Below are positions 50,768 through 60,866 of a DNA stretch of 64,000 nt, one piece after another. Below the pieces are notes generated by a model. The model had not been told where the DNA came from and ran no database searches. It worked only from the letters and a program-made list of their open reading frames with translations. How positions within the stretch are numbered: position 1 is the stretch's first letter; each line of letters starts with the position of its first letter. Made by a program: the position numbers and the translations under genes. Source of the stretch: Clostridia bacterium (GTDB lineage Bacteria > Bacillota > Clostridia > TANB77 > CAG-508); NCBI GenBank assembly GCA_045593405.1, contig JAZNWN010000001.1:22926-86925 (forward strand), in the 5' to 3' direction.

Positions 50768-51967
50768 ATGTACGAAGTGTTTGCGGATTTACATGTTCAT
50801 ATAGGAAGAAGCGAAAATAATAAACCTATAAAAATTACAGCAGCGAAATCATTAAATTTTGCTAATATTGCAAAAGAATGTAATGAAAGGAAAGGAATTG
50901 ATATTGTAGGAATAATAGATTGTGCATCTCCCTATGTAATAGAAGATATAGAAAAATTTTTAAAAACTGGTGATGCATATGAAATTAAAGATGGAGGAAT
51001 TATTTACAAAGACAAAATTTGCATAATATTAGGAAGTGAAATTGAAACTTCTGAAGTTGGTTTGAATGGTCAATGTGGAAGTGCTCACAATTTATGCTAT
51101 TTTCCACATTTATCAGATATTAAAGCTTTTTCAACTGAAATGAGTAAACATATAAAAAATATCACCTTGAGTTCTCAAAGAGCAGATATTTCTGCTTATG
51201 AGCTTATTGATATAGTTCATAAATATAATGGAATATTAATTCCGGCACATTGTTTTACACCACATAAAAGCTTTTATGGGAATTGTACTGATAGACTAGA
51301 AAAAATTTTCAAAGAAAAATATGATAAAGTTTTAGCAATAGAATTAGGATTGAGTTCAGATACTTCTATGGCAGATATGATTTCAGAACTTGAAAATAAA
51401 ACTTTTCTTACAAATTCAGATGCTCACTCTCTACCTAAAATTGCTAGAGAGTATAATAAGGTTTTAGTAAATGATATAAGTTTTAAGGAATTGGTAAAAG
51501 CATTAAAAAACGAGGATGGAAGGAAATTTATATCTAATTATGGATTAGATCCAAAACTAGGAAAGTATAATAGAACTTATTGTGAAATATGCGGAAAAGT
51601 GATATCAGGTGAAGCTCCAGTTTTTAAATGTGACGCATGTGATAGTAAAAATATTACAATGGGTGTTTATGATAGAGTTACAGTGATAAAAGATAAAACT
51701 GAAACTATTAGTCCAGAATTTAGACCTAAATATATTTATCAAGTTCCATTAGGCTTTATTCCTGGTTTAGGCCAAAAAACAATAGAAAAACTATTATCTA
51801 GTTTTGGTACAGAAATGAATATATTACATAAAGTATCATGTGATGATATTGAAGCTATAATTGGAAGAAAAAATGCAGAAAATATTATAGCTGCAAGAAG
51901 CGGAAAATTAAATATAAATGCTGGTGGTGGCGGAGTATATGGAAAAGTTGATTTGAATAAAAATTAA
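50768..51967 (+). CDS. PHP-domain protein, endonuclease Q-like (TIGR00375-like) with C-terminal zinc finger
   Basis: N-terminal ADLHVHIGRS PHP motif. CEICGKV...CDACDS zinc ribbon. Confidence 0.5.
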   Translation: MYEVFADLHVHIGRSENNKPIKITAAKSLNFANIAKECNERKGIDIVGIIDCASPYVIEDIEKFLKTGDAYEIKDGGIIYKDKICIILGSEIETSEVGLNGQCGSAHNLCYFPHLSDIKAFSTEMSKHIKNITLSSQRADISAYELIDIVHKYNGILIPAHCFTPHKSFYGNCTDRLEKIFKEKYDKVLAIELGLSSDTSMADMISELENKTFLTNSDAHSLPKIAREYNKVLVNDISFKELVKALKNEDGRKFISNYGLDPKLGKYNRTYCEICGKVISGEAPVFKCDACDSKNITMGVYDRVTVIKDKTETISPEFRPKYIYQVPLGFIPGLGQKTIEKLLSSFGTEMNILHKVSCDDIEAIIGRKNAENIIAARSGKLNINAGGGGVYGKVDLNKN

Positions 51968-52052
51968 AGTTTATTTTTCCTACATAAGCTTGTTCTTTTT
52001 TTTACTCTACTAGAATACAAATTAGATAGACAAAGGAGGCTAAGAAGAGAGC

Positions 52053-52700
52053 ATGCAAAAAAGAAGAAAACATCGTTATAAATATGGAATTAGACAATTA
52101 ATTATAAATCATATGAATGAAAATATAAATGCCTATGTTAAAGTTTTAATTATTTTTATAATAGGTATTTGTATAGGAATAGCAGTTGTAAATCAACTGC
52201 CAGAAATAGGGTTGCAAAATATTTATGAATATATAAACAATTCAATTAATGCAATAAAAAATGGTACTGAAATCTCAAAAATACAAATTTTAAAAACATC
52301 GTTATTTAAGAATATACTTGTTGTTCTAATAATATGGTTTTTTGGTTTAACTTTTCTTGGAAAATTTGTTTTATATTTTATTATATTACTTATTGGGGTG
52401 ACAATTGGATATACCTTAGCAGCAATAATGACATCCCTTACATTTATACAAGGGATATTATTTGTTTTTACAGCAATGTTACTGCAAAATATAATAAATA
52501 TTCCAGCAATAATATTTTTAAGTATACAAGGTATAAACTTACATAAGGAATTGAATTTTAACCAAAATATTAGTTTGAAATATATTATAGCAAAATATAG
52601 CGCATATTCTATTTTAGTAATGATATTGTTAACAGTTTCCTCGTTGATTGAAACATACATTTCAGGTGGTTTAATATATAGTGTAGCAAAATATTTGTAA
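52053..52700 (+). CDS. spoIIM: stage II sporulation protein M
   Basis: About 210-aa polytopic membrane protein with a basic N-terminus. Position upstream of xerD matches the usual clostridial arrangement. Start codon uncertain. Confidence 0.6.
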   Translation: MQKRRKHRYKYGIRQLIINHMNENINAYVKVLIIFIIGICIGIAVVNQLPEIGLQNIYEYINNSINAIKNGTEISKIQILKTSLFKNILVVLIIWFFGLTFLGKFVLYFIILLIGVTIGYTLAAIMTSLTFIQGILFVFTAMLLQNIINIPAIIFLSIQGINLHKELNFNQNISLKYIIAKYSAYSILVMILLTVSSLIETYISGGLIYSVAKYL

Positions 52701-52797
52701 AATTTTTGTAAAATCTATTTACAATTTTTACTTAATTTGATATAACAATATACATATTATTATGTATACAGAAAATTAAAAATAAAGGAGCAAAAAA

Positions 52798-53679
52798 ATG
52801 AAAAAACAAATTGAACTTTTCTTAGATTTTATAAAAAATGAAAAAAAATTATCAGATAATACTTTTCAATCTTATAAAAGAGATATTTTACAATTTCAAG
52901 ATTATATCAATATAAATAATATAAATTATGATGATATAAATGAAGGAAATGTTAAAGATTATTTAGCTTATTTAAGTGATTTAAATAAAAAAGCAACAAC
53001 AATTTCTAGACATTTAGCATCAATTAGATTATTTTATCAATATTTGTTAAAATTTCATAAAGTACAAGCGGATCCTACTGCAAATGTACAGGCTCCAAAA
53101 ATAGATAAAAAAGCTCCTAGCATATTAACTTCTGAAGAAGTTACACTTCTTTTAAATCAACCAAAAAATGTTGATTTAAAAGGAATTAGAGATAAGGCAA
53201 TGTTAGAATTTGCATATGCAACAGGTATGCGTGTTACTGAAATAATATCTTTAAATATTGAAGATGTAAATTTAGAAGAAGGAGTTGTAAATTGTAAAGC
53301 AAGAACAAAAACAAGAGCAATTCCATTAGGCAAGATATCATTAAATGCACTTAAAGAATATGTAGCGAATGCAAGAGATATATTAATAAAAGACGATAAT
53401 GAGAAAGCTTTATTTGTTAATATAAATGGAAAAAGATTAACTAGACAAGGAGTATGGAAAATAATAAAATTCTATAAAGAACAGGCTAACATAACAAAAG
53501 AAATAACACCACATGTTTTAAGACACTCATTTGCAACACATTTATTACAAAATGGTGCAGACCTAAAATCTATTCAAACAATGCTTGGGCATTCAGATAT
53601 ATCTTCAACTCAAGTATATATGCAATTTCAGGATGAAAGTTTAAAGAATATATATAGAAAGGCACATCCAAGAGCATAA
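52798..53679 (+). CDS. xerD: site-specific tyrosine recombinase XerD
   Basis: Catalytic motifs RDKAMLEFAYATGMRVTE, HVLRHSFATHLL and LGHSDISSTQVY. Confidence 0.9.
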   Translation: MKKQIELFLDFIKNEKKLSDNTFQSYKRDILQFQDYININNINYDDINEGNVKDYLAYLSDLNKKATTISRHLASIRLFYQYLLKFHKVQADPTANVQAPKIDKKAPSILTSEEVTLLLNQPKNVDLKGIRDKAMLEFAYATGMRVTEIISLNIEDVNLEEGVVNCKARTKTRAIPLGKISLNALKEYVANARDILIKDDNEKALFVNINGKRLTRQGVWKIIKFYKEQANITKEITPHVLRHSFATHLLQNGADLKSIQTMLGHSDISSTQVYMQFQDESLKNIYRKAHPRA

Positions 53680-53752
53680 TAAATGAAATAAAAACCTAAG
53701 ATACTAAAATTAATTAGTATTTTAGGTTTTTTTAATTATTTTAAAAAAAATA

Positions 53753-53781
53753 TTGACAAAGAACGAACAAACGTTTATAAT
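53753..53781 (+). promoter_or_regulatory. consensus sigma-A promoter (TTGACA-N17-TATAAT) for the LysM gene
   Basis: Perfect hexamers and spacing read directly. Confidence 0.7.
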
Positions 53782-53822
53782 GTATTTACAACAAATAAAT
53801 GTTCGCACAAAGGAGGCTAATT

Positions 53823-54119
53823 ATGAAAATAAAAAATATAAAAAAATTTATTAGAAGTATATTCTTAATATCAGGAATTATATTTATATTATCTTTAATA
53901 ATGGTTAAATCAACTTTATCATATACTGATACTGAATATAAATTAATATATGTAAATTCAGGAGATACTTTATGGAGTATAGCAAGTGATTTACAGGAAA
54001 ATAATTTATATTATGAAGGAAAAGATATTAGATATATAATAGGCGACTTAAAAGAAGTTAATAAATTAAATGATAGTACAGTATATGTTAATCAAGAATT
54101 ACAAATTCCAATTATATGA
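53823..54119 (+). CDS. LysM domain-containing small membrane-anchored protein
   Basis: N-terminal TM and C-terminal LysM (YVNSGDTLWSIASDL...VNQELQIP). Start at ATG 53823 after an AAGGAGG RBS. Confidence 0.8.
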   Translation: MKIKNIKKFIRSIFLISGIIFILSLIMVKSTLSYTDTEYKLIYVNSGDTLWSIASDLQENNLYYEGKDIRYIIGDLKEVNKLNDSTVYVNQELQIPII

Positions 54120-54181
54120 TGTTTGTATAGTAGATAATAATATTAAAAAATAGGGGGTTAGATAAATTTAACCCTCTATTT

Positions 54182-55144
54182 TTATAAATTAGCTAATGGA
54201 TTACTTTCTACAGCATTTCTTACTTGAACATTATCTACATGAGTATAAATTTCGGTTGTAGAAATACTTTCGTGTCCCAATAATTCTTGCAGAGCTCTTA
54301 TATCAACATTACCATATTGATACATTAATGTTGCTGCAGTATGTCTTAGTTTATGGACTGAATATTTGTTTATATCTAAACCAGCTTTAAGTAATTCTTT
54401 TCTTATAATACTTTGAACTGTTCTATTACTAATTCGCTCTTTACGTTCACTTAAAAATAAGGCATCTTTAGAATCATATTTTATAGAGACTTTAGGTCTA
54501 CATTCTAAATAATCATTAATTGCATTTATACAAGCTTTATTTAAGTAAATTGTTCGTTCTTTATTTCCTTTACCAATAACATTAAGTTTACATTCTGAAA
54601 AATTGATATTACTGATATTAATACCTACAAGTTCAGACAAACGCATGCCACAATTTAAAAATAAAGTTGTTATTGCAAAATCTCTTTTATTATTTCTATT
54701 ATTCTCATCTTGAGAAACATCTAAAAGTTTTTTACTTTCATCTAAGCTTAGGTATTTAGGAATACGTTTTCCTAGCTTTGGTGTTTCTAAATATTGCGCA
54801 GGATTATTTTCAATCAGTTTTGCTTTCTTTGCTAGATATGTAAAAAATACTTTAATACTAGATACTTTTCGAGCCCTAGTAGTTGGTTTACTATTTAATG
54901 TAGTTGCCATATATGCAATGTAACTGTGAATGTCTTCTAAGGAAATTTTTTTAATTTCATTAATAGTCATATTTGAAATATCAATATCCTTAAAATCGGA
55001 TTTATTATTACTTTTAATAAACTTTAAAAAGTTGGCAATATCATAATTATATTCTTTTACAGTATTAGGTGATTTATTTAAAATAGTTATGTTATAATCT
55101 AGAAATGAATTTAAAAAATCTGGATTATTATTTCTACTAATCAT
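54182..55144 (-). CDS. tyrosine-type recombinase/integrase (XerC-like)
   Basis: C-terminal HKLRHTAATLMYQ and LGHESISTTEIYTHV. Start at the ATG giving MISRNNNPDFL. Convergent with xerD across the LysM gene. Confidence 0.85.
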   Translation of the reverse strand: MISRNNNPDFLNSFLDYNITILNKSPNTVKEYNYDIANFLKFIKSNNKSDFKDIDISNMTINEIKKISLEDIHSYIAYMATTLNSKPTTRARKVSSIKVFFTYLAKKAKLIENNPAQYLETPKLGKRIPKYLSLDESKKLLDVSQDENNRNNKRDFAITTLFLNCGMRLSELVGINISNINFSECKLNVIGKGNKERTIYLNKACINAINDYLECRPKVSIKYDSKDALFLSERKERISNRTVQSIIRKELLKAGLDINKYSVHKLRHTAATLMYQYGNVDIRALQELLGHESISTTEIYTHVDNVQVRNAVESNPLANL

Positions 55145-55260
55145 AGAATCACAACCTCTCATTTTCATTTTTAAATTTATAATAATTATATAACAAAACT
55201 ATTGCAAAAGTCATCTAATTTAGTGTAAAATATTAGAAATTTAAAAAGGAGGATAAAAAA

Positions 55261-56772
55261 GTGTCTAAAATATTAGAAAATGTATCTAGAACATTTAATG
55301 AATTTCTTTTATTACCAAATTTGACAGATGAAAGATGTATACCATCAAATGTTAGCTTAAAAACTCCATTGGTAAAATTTAAAAAAGGTGAACAATCAAA
55401 ATTTAATGCAAACATCCCTTTCGTATCAGCCATAATGCAATCTGTATCAGGAGAAAAAATGGCGATAGCTCTTGCGCGAGAAGGTGGATGTTCTTTTATT
55501 TATGGAGCTCAAACAATAGAAAATCAAGCGCAAATGATTAAAAATGTAAAAAAATATAAGGCAGGTTTTATTACAAGTGATTCTAATGTAACAAGAAAAA
55601 CGACAATTCAGGAGTTAATTGAATTAATAGAAATAACTGGCCATTCAACAGTTATGGTGACTGAGGATGGATCTCCAAATGGCAGATTTTTAGGACTTGT
55701 AACAGATAAAGATTATAGATTATCTAGAGTAGATATTAATTCACTGGTAGAAGAATATATGGTACCAAAAGAAAAAATTGTATTTGCTAGAAAAGGAATT
55801 ACATTAAGTGAAGCAAATGATATAATCTGGGATAATAAAATAAGTTGTTTACCAATTTTAGATAAAAATGATTGTTTAGATAGTTTAGTATTTAGAAAAG
55901 ATTATGAATCAGATAAAGAAAATCCAAATTCTTTGTTAGATGAAAATAAAAGATTTATAGTAGGAGCTGGCATAAATACAAGAGATTATGCAGAAAGAAT
56001 ACCAGCATTAGTAGAAGTTGGTGTTGATATGCTTTGTATTGATTCGTCAGATGGATATTCTATATGGCAAAAAAATACAATTGATTGGGTAAGAGAACAC
56101 TATGGAGATACAGTAAAAATAGGAGCAGGAAATGTTGTAGATAAAGAAGGTTTTTATTATTTAGCCGATGCAGGTGCGGACTTTATTAAAGTTGGTGTTG
56201 GAGGAGGCTCTATTTGCATAACTCGTGAGACAAAGGGAATTGGACGTGGACAAGCAAGTGCCTTAATGGATGTAGTAGAAGCAAGAAATGAATATTATGA
56301 AAGAACTGGTATATATATTCCTGTGTGTTCAGATGGCGGAATTGTACATGACTATCATATTACTTTAGCACTAGCTATGGGAGCAGATTTTGTAATGATG
56401 GGAAGATATTTTGCTAGATTTGATGAAAGCCCAACAAGAAAATTAAAAATTAATGGTAGCTTTGTAAAAGAATATTGGGGAGAAGGCTCAAATAGAGCAA
56501 GAAATTGGCAAAGATATGATTTAGGTGGAGCTGCTAAAAATAAATTAACATTTGAAGAAGGTGTTGATTCTTATATACCATATGCAGGTCCATTAAAAGA
56601 TAATGTCGACATAACAGTTAATAAGATTAAATCTACAATGTGTAACTGTGGAGCAATCACAATACCAGAATTACATAAAAAAGCAAGATTAACAATGGTG
56701 TCAGCTGTAAGCATCAAAGAAGGCGGGGCACATGATGTAATTTTAAAACAGGTTGAAACAGGCAGAGAATAA
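55261..56772 (+). CDS. guaB: IMP dehydrogenase family protein (divergent, with CBS pair)
   Basis: GTG start after an AAGGAGGA RBS. Catalytic loop [16 protein letters not shown], flap RY dyad and a tandem CBS insert. N-terminal region diverges from typical GuaB ([16 protein letters not shown]). Confidence 0.8.
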   Translation: MSKILENVSRTFNEFLLLPNLTDERCIPSNVSLKTPLVKFKKGEQSKFNANIPFVSAIMQSVSGEKMAIALAREGGCSFIYGAQTIENQAQMIKNVKKYKAGFITSDSNVTRKTTIQELIELIEITGHSTVMVTEDGSPNGRFLGLVTDKDYRLSRVDINSLVEEYMVPKEKIVFARKGITLSEANDIIWDNKISCLPILDKNDCLDSLVFRKDYESDKENPNSLLDENKRFIVGAGINTRDYAERIPALVEVGVDMLCIDSSDGYSIWQKNTIDWVREHYGDTVKIGAGNVVDKEGFYYLADAGADFIKVGVGGGSICITRETKGIGRGQASALMDVVEARNEYYERTGIYIPVCSDGGIVHDYHITLALAMGADFVMMGRYFARFDESPTRKLKINGSFVKEYWGEGSNRARNWQRYDLGGAAKNKLTFEEGVDSYIPYAGPLKDNVDITVNKIKSTMCNCGAITIPELHKKARLTMVSAVSIKEGGAHDVILKQVETGRE

Positions 56773-56793
56773 TAAATAAATGGAGGAAAAGAA

Positions 56794-57774
56794 ATGAAGG
56801 ATAATATACGTCCGGAAACAATGAATAGAATAAATACAAATGAATCAGCAGAATTATTTATTGAAGAACAAATAAATATAATTCGTAAACAGGTTGGAGA
56901 TAAAAAGGTTTTATTAGCACTTTCGGGAGGTGTTGATTCATCAGTTGTTGCTGCATTATTAATAAAGGCTATTGGAAAACAACTTGTGTGTGTACATGTT
57001 AATCATGGACTTTTAAGAAAAGGTGAACCAGAGCAAGTTGTTGAGGTTTTTAAAAATCAACTGGGTGCAAATTTAATTTATGTTGATGCAGTTGATCGAT
57101 TTTTAGATAAACTTGCAGGAATAGCAGATTCAGAGCAAAAGCGTAAAATAATAGGTGCTGAATTTATAAGAGTATTTGAAGAAGAAGCAAGAAAATTAGA
57201 TGGAATAGAATTTCTTGCACAAGGTACAATCTACCCAGACATATTAGAAAGTCATGGTGTAAAAGCGCATCATAATGTAGGTGGATTGCCAGAAGATTTA
57301 CAGTTTTCTCTTATAGAACCAATAAAATTATTGTTTAAAGATGAAGTAAGAATTGTTGGAAAAGCTTTAGGATTACCAGATTGTATGGTATATCGTCAAC
57401 CATTCCCAGGTCCAGGACTTGGAGTTAGATGTCTTGGTGCAATTACAAGAGAAAGATTAGAAGCTGTACGTGAATCTGATGCAATTCTTAGAGAAGAATT
57501 TGCAAAAAACGGATTAGAAGGAAGGGTTTGGCAATATTTTACAGCTGTACCAGATTTTAAATCAGTAGGAGTTTTAAACAATCAAAGAACCTTCGCATAT
57601 CCAGTAATAATAAGAGCAGTAGATACAGTTGACGCTATGACAGCAACAGTTCATAATATCCCTTTTCAACTGTTGCAGCATATAACAAACAGAATTACTT
57701 CTGAAATTCCCAATGTAAATAGAGTATTATATGATTTGACTCCAAAACCAACAGGAACTATTGAGTGGGAATAG
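56794..57774 (+). CDS. guaA: GMP synthase ATP-pyrophosphatase subunit (GuaA C-terminal domains only, no glutamine amidotransferase domain)
   Basis: PP-loop [12 protein letters not shown] and C-terminal dimerisation domain ending KPTGTIEWE. Its own GGAGGA RBS. The protein begins at the inter-domain linker of canonical GuaA. Confidence 0.8.
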   Translation: MKDNIRPETMNRINTNESAELFIEEQINIIRKQVGDKKVLLALSGGVDSSVVAALLIKAIGKQLVCVHVNHGLLRKGEPEQVVEVFKNQLGANLIYVDAVDRFLDKLAGIADSEQKRKIIGAEFIRVFEEEARKLDGIEFLAQGTIYPDILESHGVKAHHNVGGLPEDLQFSLIEPIKLLFKDEVRIVGKALGLPDCMVYRQPFPGPGLGVRCLGAITRERLEAVRESDAILREEFAKNGLEGRVWQYFTAVPDFKSVGVLNNQRTFAYPVIIRAVDTVDAMTATVHNIPFQLLQHITNRITSEIPNVNRVLYDLTPKPTGTIEWE

Positions 57775-57807
57775 AAATACAAAAAAAATAATAAGATTTA
57801 AAAATAC

Positions 57808-57845
57808 AACCCTCAGTTTCAGTTGCAACTGAGGGTTATATTTAT
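57808..57845. terminator. bidirectional terminator
   Basis: AACCCTCAGTT-TCAGTTGCA-ACTGAGGGTT followed by ATATTTATTTTTT. Confidence 0.8.
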
Positions 57846-57848
57846 TTT

Positions 57849-57974
57849 TTATGATAATAGGAACATTAGCATAAAAAATAGTGCTATTAGGAAGGATAGT
57901 CCTACCATTGCGAGAAATTCGGGCAGTTTTTTTGTAAAGAAAATCTTTACGAGTTGTTTTCTTGTATAGAACAT
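57849..57974 (-). CDS. small hydrophobic peptide (41 aa)
   Basis: AGGAGA RBS. Encodes MFYTRKQLVKIFFTKKLPEFLAMVGLSFLIALFFMLMFLLS. Not in ORF track. Confidence 0.35.
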   Translation of the reverse strand: MFYTRKQLVKIFFTKKLPEFLAMVGLSFLIALFFMLMFLLS

Positions 57975-58146
57975 TTTATTTCTCCTTTATAATTATTCTT
58001 GCGAGAATTATAATAATATTATATCATATTTTATTAAAATAATCAAATTTATTAGAAACGTATATTTAAAGCTTGAAATTTGACAATAAAATTATTTAAT
58101 AGTATAATTATAATATAAAATTAAAGCAAGAAATGAGGTAATTGTT

Positions 58147-58692
58147 ATGGATTTAAAAAATGAAGCAACTGCTAAATATACAAAATATAGTACGACAATT
58201 GATATAATATTTGATACCCAGTTAGGTGATGCTTATGATATGAGATATGAATTAAAAGATGTTTTAACTGCATATAAACATTTGCAAGAAAAAATTGAAA
58301 AAGACAAGGAATTAACTCAAGAATATAAAGATGAATTAAAGAAAAGAATAGAAGAAAAAACTGAGAAAGCAAAAAACAGAGAAGAAGAAATAAAAAAGGC
58401 AGAGGAAAAATATTCACAACAACAATATATTACGTTAATAAATGCAAAAGAAAATTATAGAAGAAATATGAGATTAAGAATGGATCCATCTTCTTCAAAA
58501 TTACGTACAATGATAGAACATAAAGGATATTATATTTTTTTCAACGAGGAACAAATTGAAGCAATTTACGAAGGTCGTATAAATCAAGTGGATTTTGAAG
58601 AAATGGGTAAAGAATATCCTGTTATTTTTAAAGAATTGGAAGAAGCAATAAATAAAGCAAAAAATGTTGGGCAAAGAGAAGAACAAGAATAA
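58147..58692 (+). CDS. hypothetical Lys/Glu-rich coiled-coil protein
   Basis: First of three tightly linked genes of unknown function. GAGGT RBS. Confidence 0.6.
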   Translation: MDLKNEATAKYTKYSTTIDIIFDTQLGDAYDMRYELKDVLTAYKHLQEKIEKDKELTQEYKDELKKRIEEKTEKAKNREEEIKKAEEKYSQQQYITLINAKENYRRNMRLRMDPSSSKLRTMIEHKGYYIFFNEEQIEAIYEGRINQVDFEEMGKEYPVIFKELEEAINKAKNVGQREEQE

Positions 58693-58716
58693 TATAAATT
58701 ATTTTATGGAAGGAAG

Positions 58717-59388
58717 GTGTATATTATGGAATCGACATTACAAAAAATACAAGCACATCATCATTTAAAATCATTTGAAGAAACAGTTATTGAATTATAT
58801 AGTAAAGTAGAAGTAGTGAAATTTGAACAATCAGAGTTTATAAGTACATATAAACAGTATTCTTACTTAAAGCAAGAATATAATAAGGCAATAGATAAAT
58901 CAAGTACACCAATATATAAAATTGATTCTAAAGAAGAAAAGAAAGAAAAAAAGAAGCAAAGAAAAGAAGGAAAAAAATCTGCAAAAGATTTGCTAAAAGA
59001 ACTTAAATCAATAGAGCAAATCTTAAATCCTATGATGTCACAATTTGATTTAGCGGAACTAGGTGGAATTGAAGGAGTTAAATTAATATTACAAAACGCA
59101 GAAGGGTACGACAGAGAAAAAGCTAAAGAACTTGAAGGTTTGCGAAGAAGAGTTGAATTTCATGAAGAACATCCTGAAATAAATATAGTTGGATTTCCTG
59201 ATAAAGATAAAGAGATATTAGAAACTACTACTACAGGAATTGATAAAGTTGAAAGAGAATATCTAACAAATGTACTTAATAAAGCTTTAACAGAAACGTC
59301 AGCAGATAATGCTAATAAGGCTCAGGGCATAGAACAGTTAGGATTAAATCCAGAACATATTAACGAAGGAGAAACAAAAGATGATTAG
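58717..59388 (+). CDS. hypothetical acidic protein with KEKKKQRKEGKK stretch
   Basis: Start at either ATG 58717 or ATG 58726. No family recognised. Confidence 0.55.
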   Translation: MYIMESTLQKIQAHHHLKSFEETVIELYSKVEVVKFEQSEFISTYKQYSYLKQEYNKAIDKSSTPIYKIDSKEEKKEKKKQRKEGKKSAKDLLKELKSIEQILNPMMSQFDLAELGGIEGVKLILQNAEGYDREKAKELEGLRRRVEFHEEHPEINIVGFPDKDKEILETTTTGIDKVEREYLTNVLNKALTETSADNANKAQGIEQLGLNPEHINEGETKDD

Positions 59389-59845
59389 TAAAGCTTATGC
59401 AAGGGCTTATACAGAAGTATTAGAAATAATTAAATATTTTCCAGAAGAAGAATATGCTAAAATACCTACAGAAAAAATTGAGTTTTATAAAAAAAATATG
59501 GACAAAGATTATATTTTTACAATTAATCCAGAAATTGACTTATCAAAGCAAAATATTTCTTTAGAAGCAAATGCTATCATAGTTAATTTATTTAGAGATT
59601 ATTTAGCAACTGAAGAACAAAAAATAATAATAAAAGAAATATTAGATTTAAATCAAAAAAAAGTAGAACAAGAAAAAAGAGAAATATATAATCCAGATAA
59701 TATATTTAAAAAGGTAAATAAAAACGCAGAAAGAACTCATATTGAAATACCTGATAATACTAATACAACTACACTAGTTGAATATAAAGTATCATTTTTT
59801 ACAAAGCTTAAAGAGTTTATATTCAAAATATTACATATAAATTAA
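59381..59845 (+). CDS. hypothetical protein
   Basis: ATGATTAG overlap with the upstream stop (translational coupling). Followed by a terminator at 59861-59890. Confidence 0.55.
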   Translation: MISKAYARAYTEVLEIIKYFPEEEYAKIPTEKIEFYKKNMDKDYIFTINPEIDLSKQNISLEANAIIVNLFRDYLATEEQKIIIKEILDLNQKKVEQEKREIYNPDNIFKKVNKNAERTHIEIPDNTNTTTLVEYKVSFFTKLKEFIFKILHIN

Positions 59846-59860
59846 ACAAATAGTTTATTG

Positions 59861-59890
59861 GAGCTAAGAAATTAGCTCTTTTTTGATTAT
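59861..59890 (+). terminator. rho-independent terminator
   Basis: GAGCTAA-GAAA-TTAGCTC followed by TTTTTTG. Confidence 0.8.
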
Positions 59891-60117
59891 TGCTGAAAAT
59901 CAAGCAGAGTAGGAGAGAGGAGCAGTTTTGAAGAATTAAAGATTTTTTTAAAATAATAAATATAATTTCAAAACTAAACTAATTATACAAAAATCAAAAA
60001 TAAAATCATAAAGATAAAATATAAAATTAATATAAAAGTTTTTATTAAATTAAAATTTTTAAATTTTGTGCAAAGTTTTAAATTTATAAAAATTTTCAAA
60101 ATAAAATATTTTAATTA

Positions 60118-60160
60118 TTGAACGCGTTAAAATCGTTTTTAAGACATTTTAATATTAAAG
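60118..60160. repeat. iteron-like repeat copy 1 (ACGCGTTAAAATCGTTTTTAAGACATTTTA)
   Basis: Shares the core GAATCG-TTTTAAG-NN-ATTTTA with copies 2 and 3. Lies in a 1-kb ORF-free AT-rich region. Confidence 0.7.
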
Positions 60161-60282
60161 TCAACAAGTTAATCGTTTATAAATTGCAGCTAAAAATAAC
60201 AATTATATATAATATTAGTAAAAACTTGTAAAAATGCTGATTTTTATAGACATTCAAAAAAACACAAAAAAGTGCCTAAAAA

Positions 60283-60325
60283 ACGACGCACGAGAATCGA
60301 TTTTAAGCCATTTTAAAAAAAGAGG
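60283..60325. repeat. iteron-like repeat copy 2 (ACGACGCACGAGAATCGATTTTAAGCCATTTTA)
   Basis: Direct repeat of copy 1. Confidence 0.7.
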
Positions 60326-60476
60326 CATATAGTTACTTACCTTGATTTTTGGCTAATTATTGACATATAAGGGTTTGATAGATTTTTAAGAAAATTTTAT
60401 AGATAATAATATAAATTGTAATTAAAAATTTTTGAAATTTAAAATTTATATAAAGATTATAAAATTAGTTAAAATC

Positions 60477-60520
60477 ATGACGCATCAGAATCCGTTTTAA
60501 GCGATTTTATTTAAAAAGTA
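60477..60520. repeat. iteron-like repeat copy 3 (ATGACGCATCAGAATCCGTTTTAAGCGATTTTA)
   Basis: Direct repeat of copies 1 and 2. Confidence 0.7.
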
Positions 60521-60866
60521 ATAAAGTTACATTAATAAGAATATAAGGCTAAACACTTGAAAGTGCTAAAAATAGCGAGATAGAGGTTCTTTTGAAGAAA
60601 AGCATATTTTGTCCTATACTCTTTTGCGCAAAACCTTGATAATAATAACCCCCCTTATAAATAACCTATTCCATTATGCACAAAACTTACCTAATAATAA
60701 CCCACTCTCAGTAAAAATATTCAAAATTTACTTCCCTAATTAAAATATTAATTCTCAATTTTCCATTTATAATTTAAAAGATATAGTTATTGAAATAATA
60801 TCTAGCATAAAAATTAATTGTAATAATAATCTTAATTATTTTTCATATCTCCAAGAGGAGGTAAAT

